63,679 bases of DNA from Octopus bimaculoides (Eukaryota), in NCBI RefSeq assembly GCF_001194135.2, contig NC_068981.1, forward strand, positions 137,168,184-137,231,862, written 5' to 3'. The notes beneath the pieces were generated by a model that saw only the letters and a list, made by a program, of their open reading frames with translations, did no database searches and had not been told where the DNA came from. The stretch's first letter is position 1; each line of letters starts with the position of its first letter. Below, piece after piece: positions 63,456 through 63,679 of the stretch. The translations under genes and the position numbers were made by a program.

Positions 63456-63679
63456 CAGATTGACATCCAAACACTCTGAAATGTTCGTATTGGAGCTTCC
63501 GGCGCGAATGCCAAGCAGCACATTACGTCATCTCCAAATATCAGTAAAAAATTATAAAAATTTTAAGTAAAAACCATTTATCTTCTGTCTGGGGCTCATG
63601 TCTTGACCCCCAAACAAACTGTTTTTTTTTTTGATAAGATGAGATTCATTGAAACCAGTAATAGTTTTCTTTAAATAAT

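Overview
AT-rich, repeat- and microsatellite-dense animal genomic DNA with scaffold N-gaps. The repeat families look like those of Octopus (inferred, not searched). One protein-coding gene is supported: a minus-strand TIGAR-like histidine phosphatase (fructose-2,6-bisphosphatase family) with four GT-AG exons I assembled by hand (44942-44979, 33436-33632, 25842-25952, 23059-24765). Its first coding exon is uncertain: a weak candidate lies at 50170-50222, or it lies outside the window. The last exon puts roughly 350 extra low-complexity residues inside the catalytic domain and adds a Pro/Ser-rich tail. The rest is tRNA-derived SINEs, 3' ends and relics of RTE, CR1/Jockey-like and HERO-like LINEs, a probable non-autonomous Helitron, mariner/piggyBac/hAT-type MITEs, a decayed DD37D mariner, a higher-order minisatellite and many microsatellites. 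The most striking non-coding signal is a 249-bp foldback (50500-50748) whose two arms each carry an identical minimal type I hammerhead ribozyme motif of the Penelope type, one per strand, each preceded by its own antisense copy. Nearly all other ORFs in the track are microsatellite or repeat artefacts.
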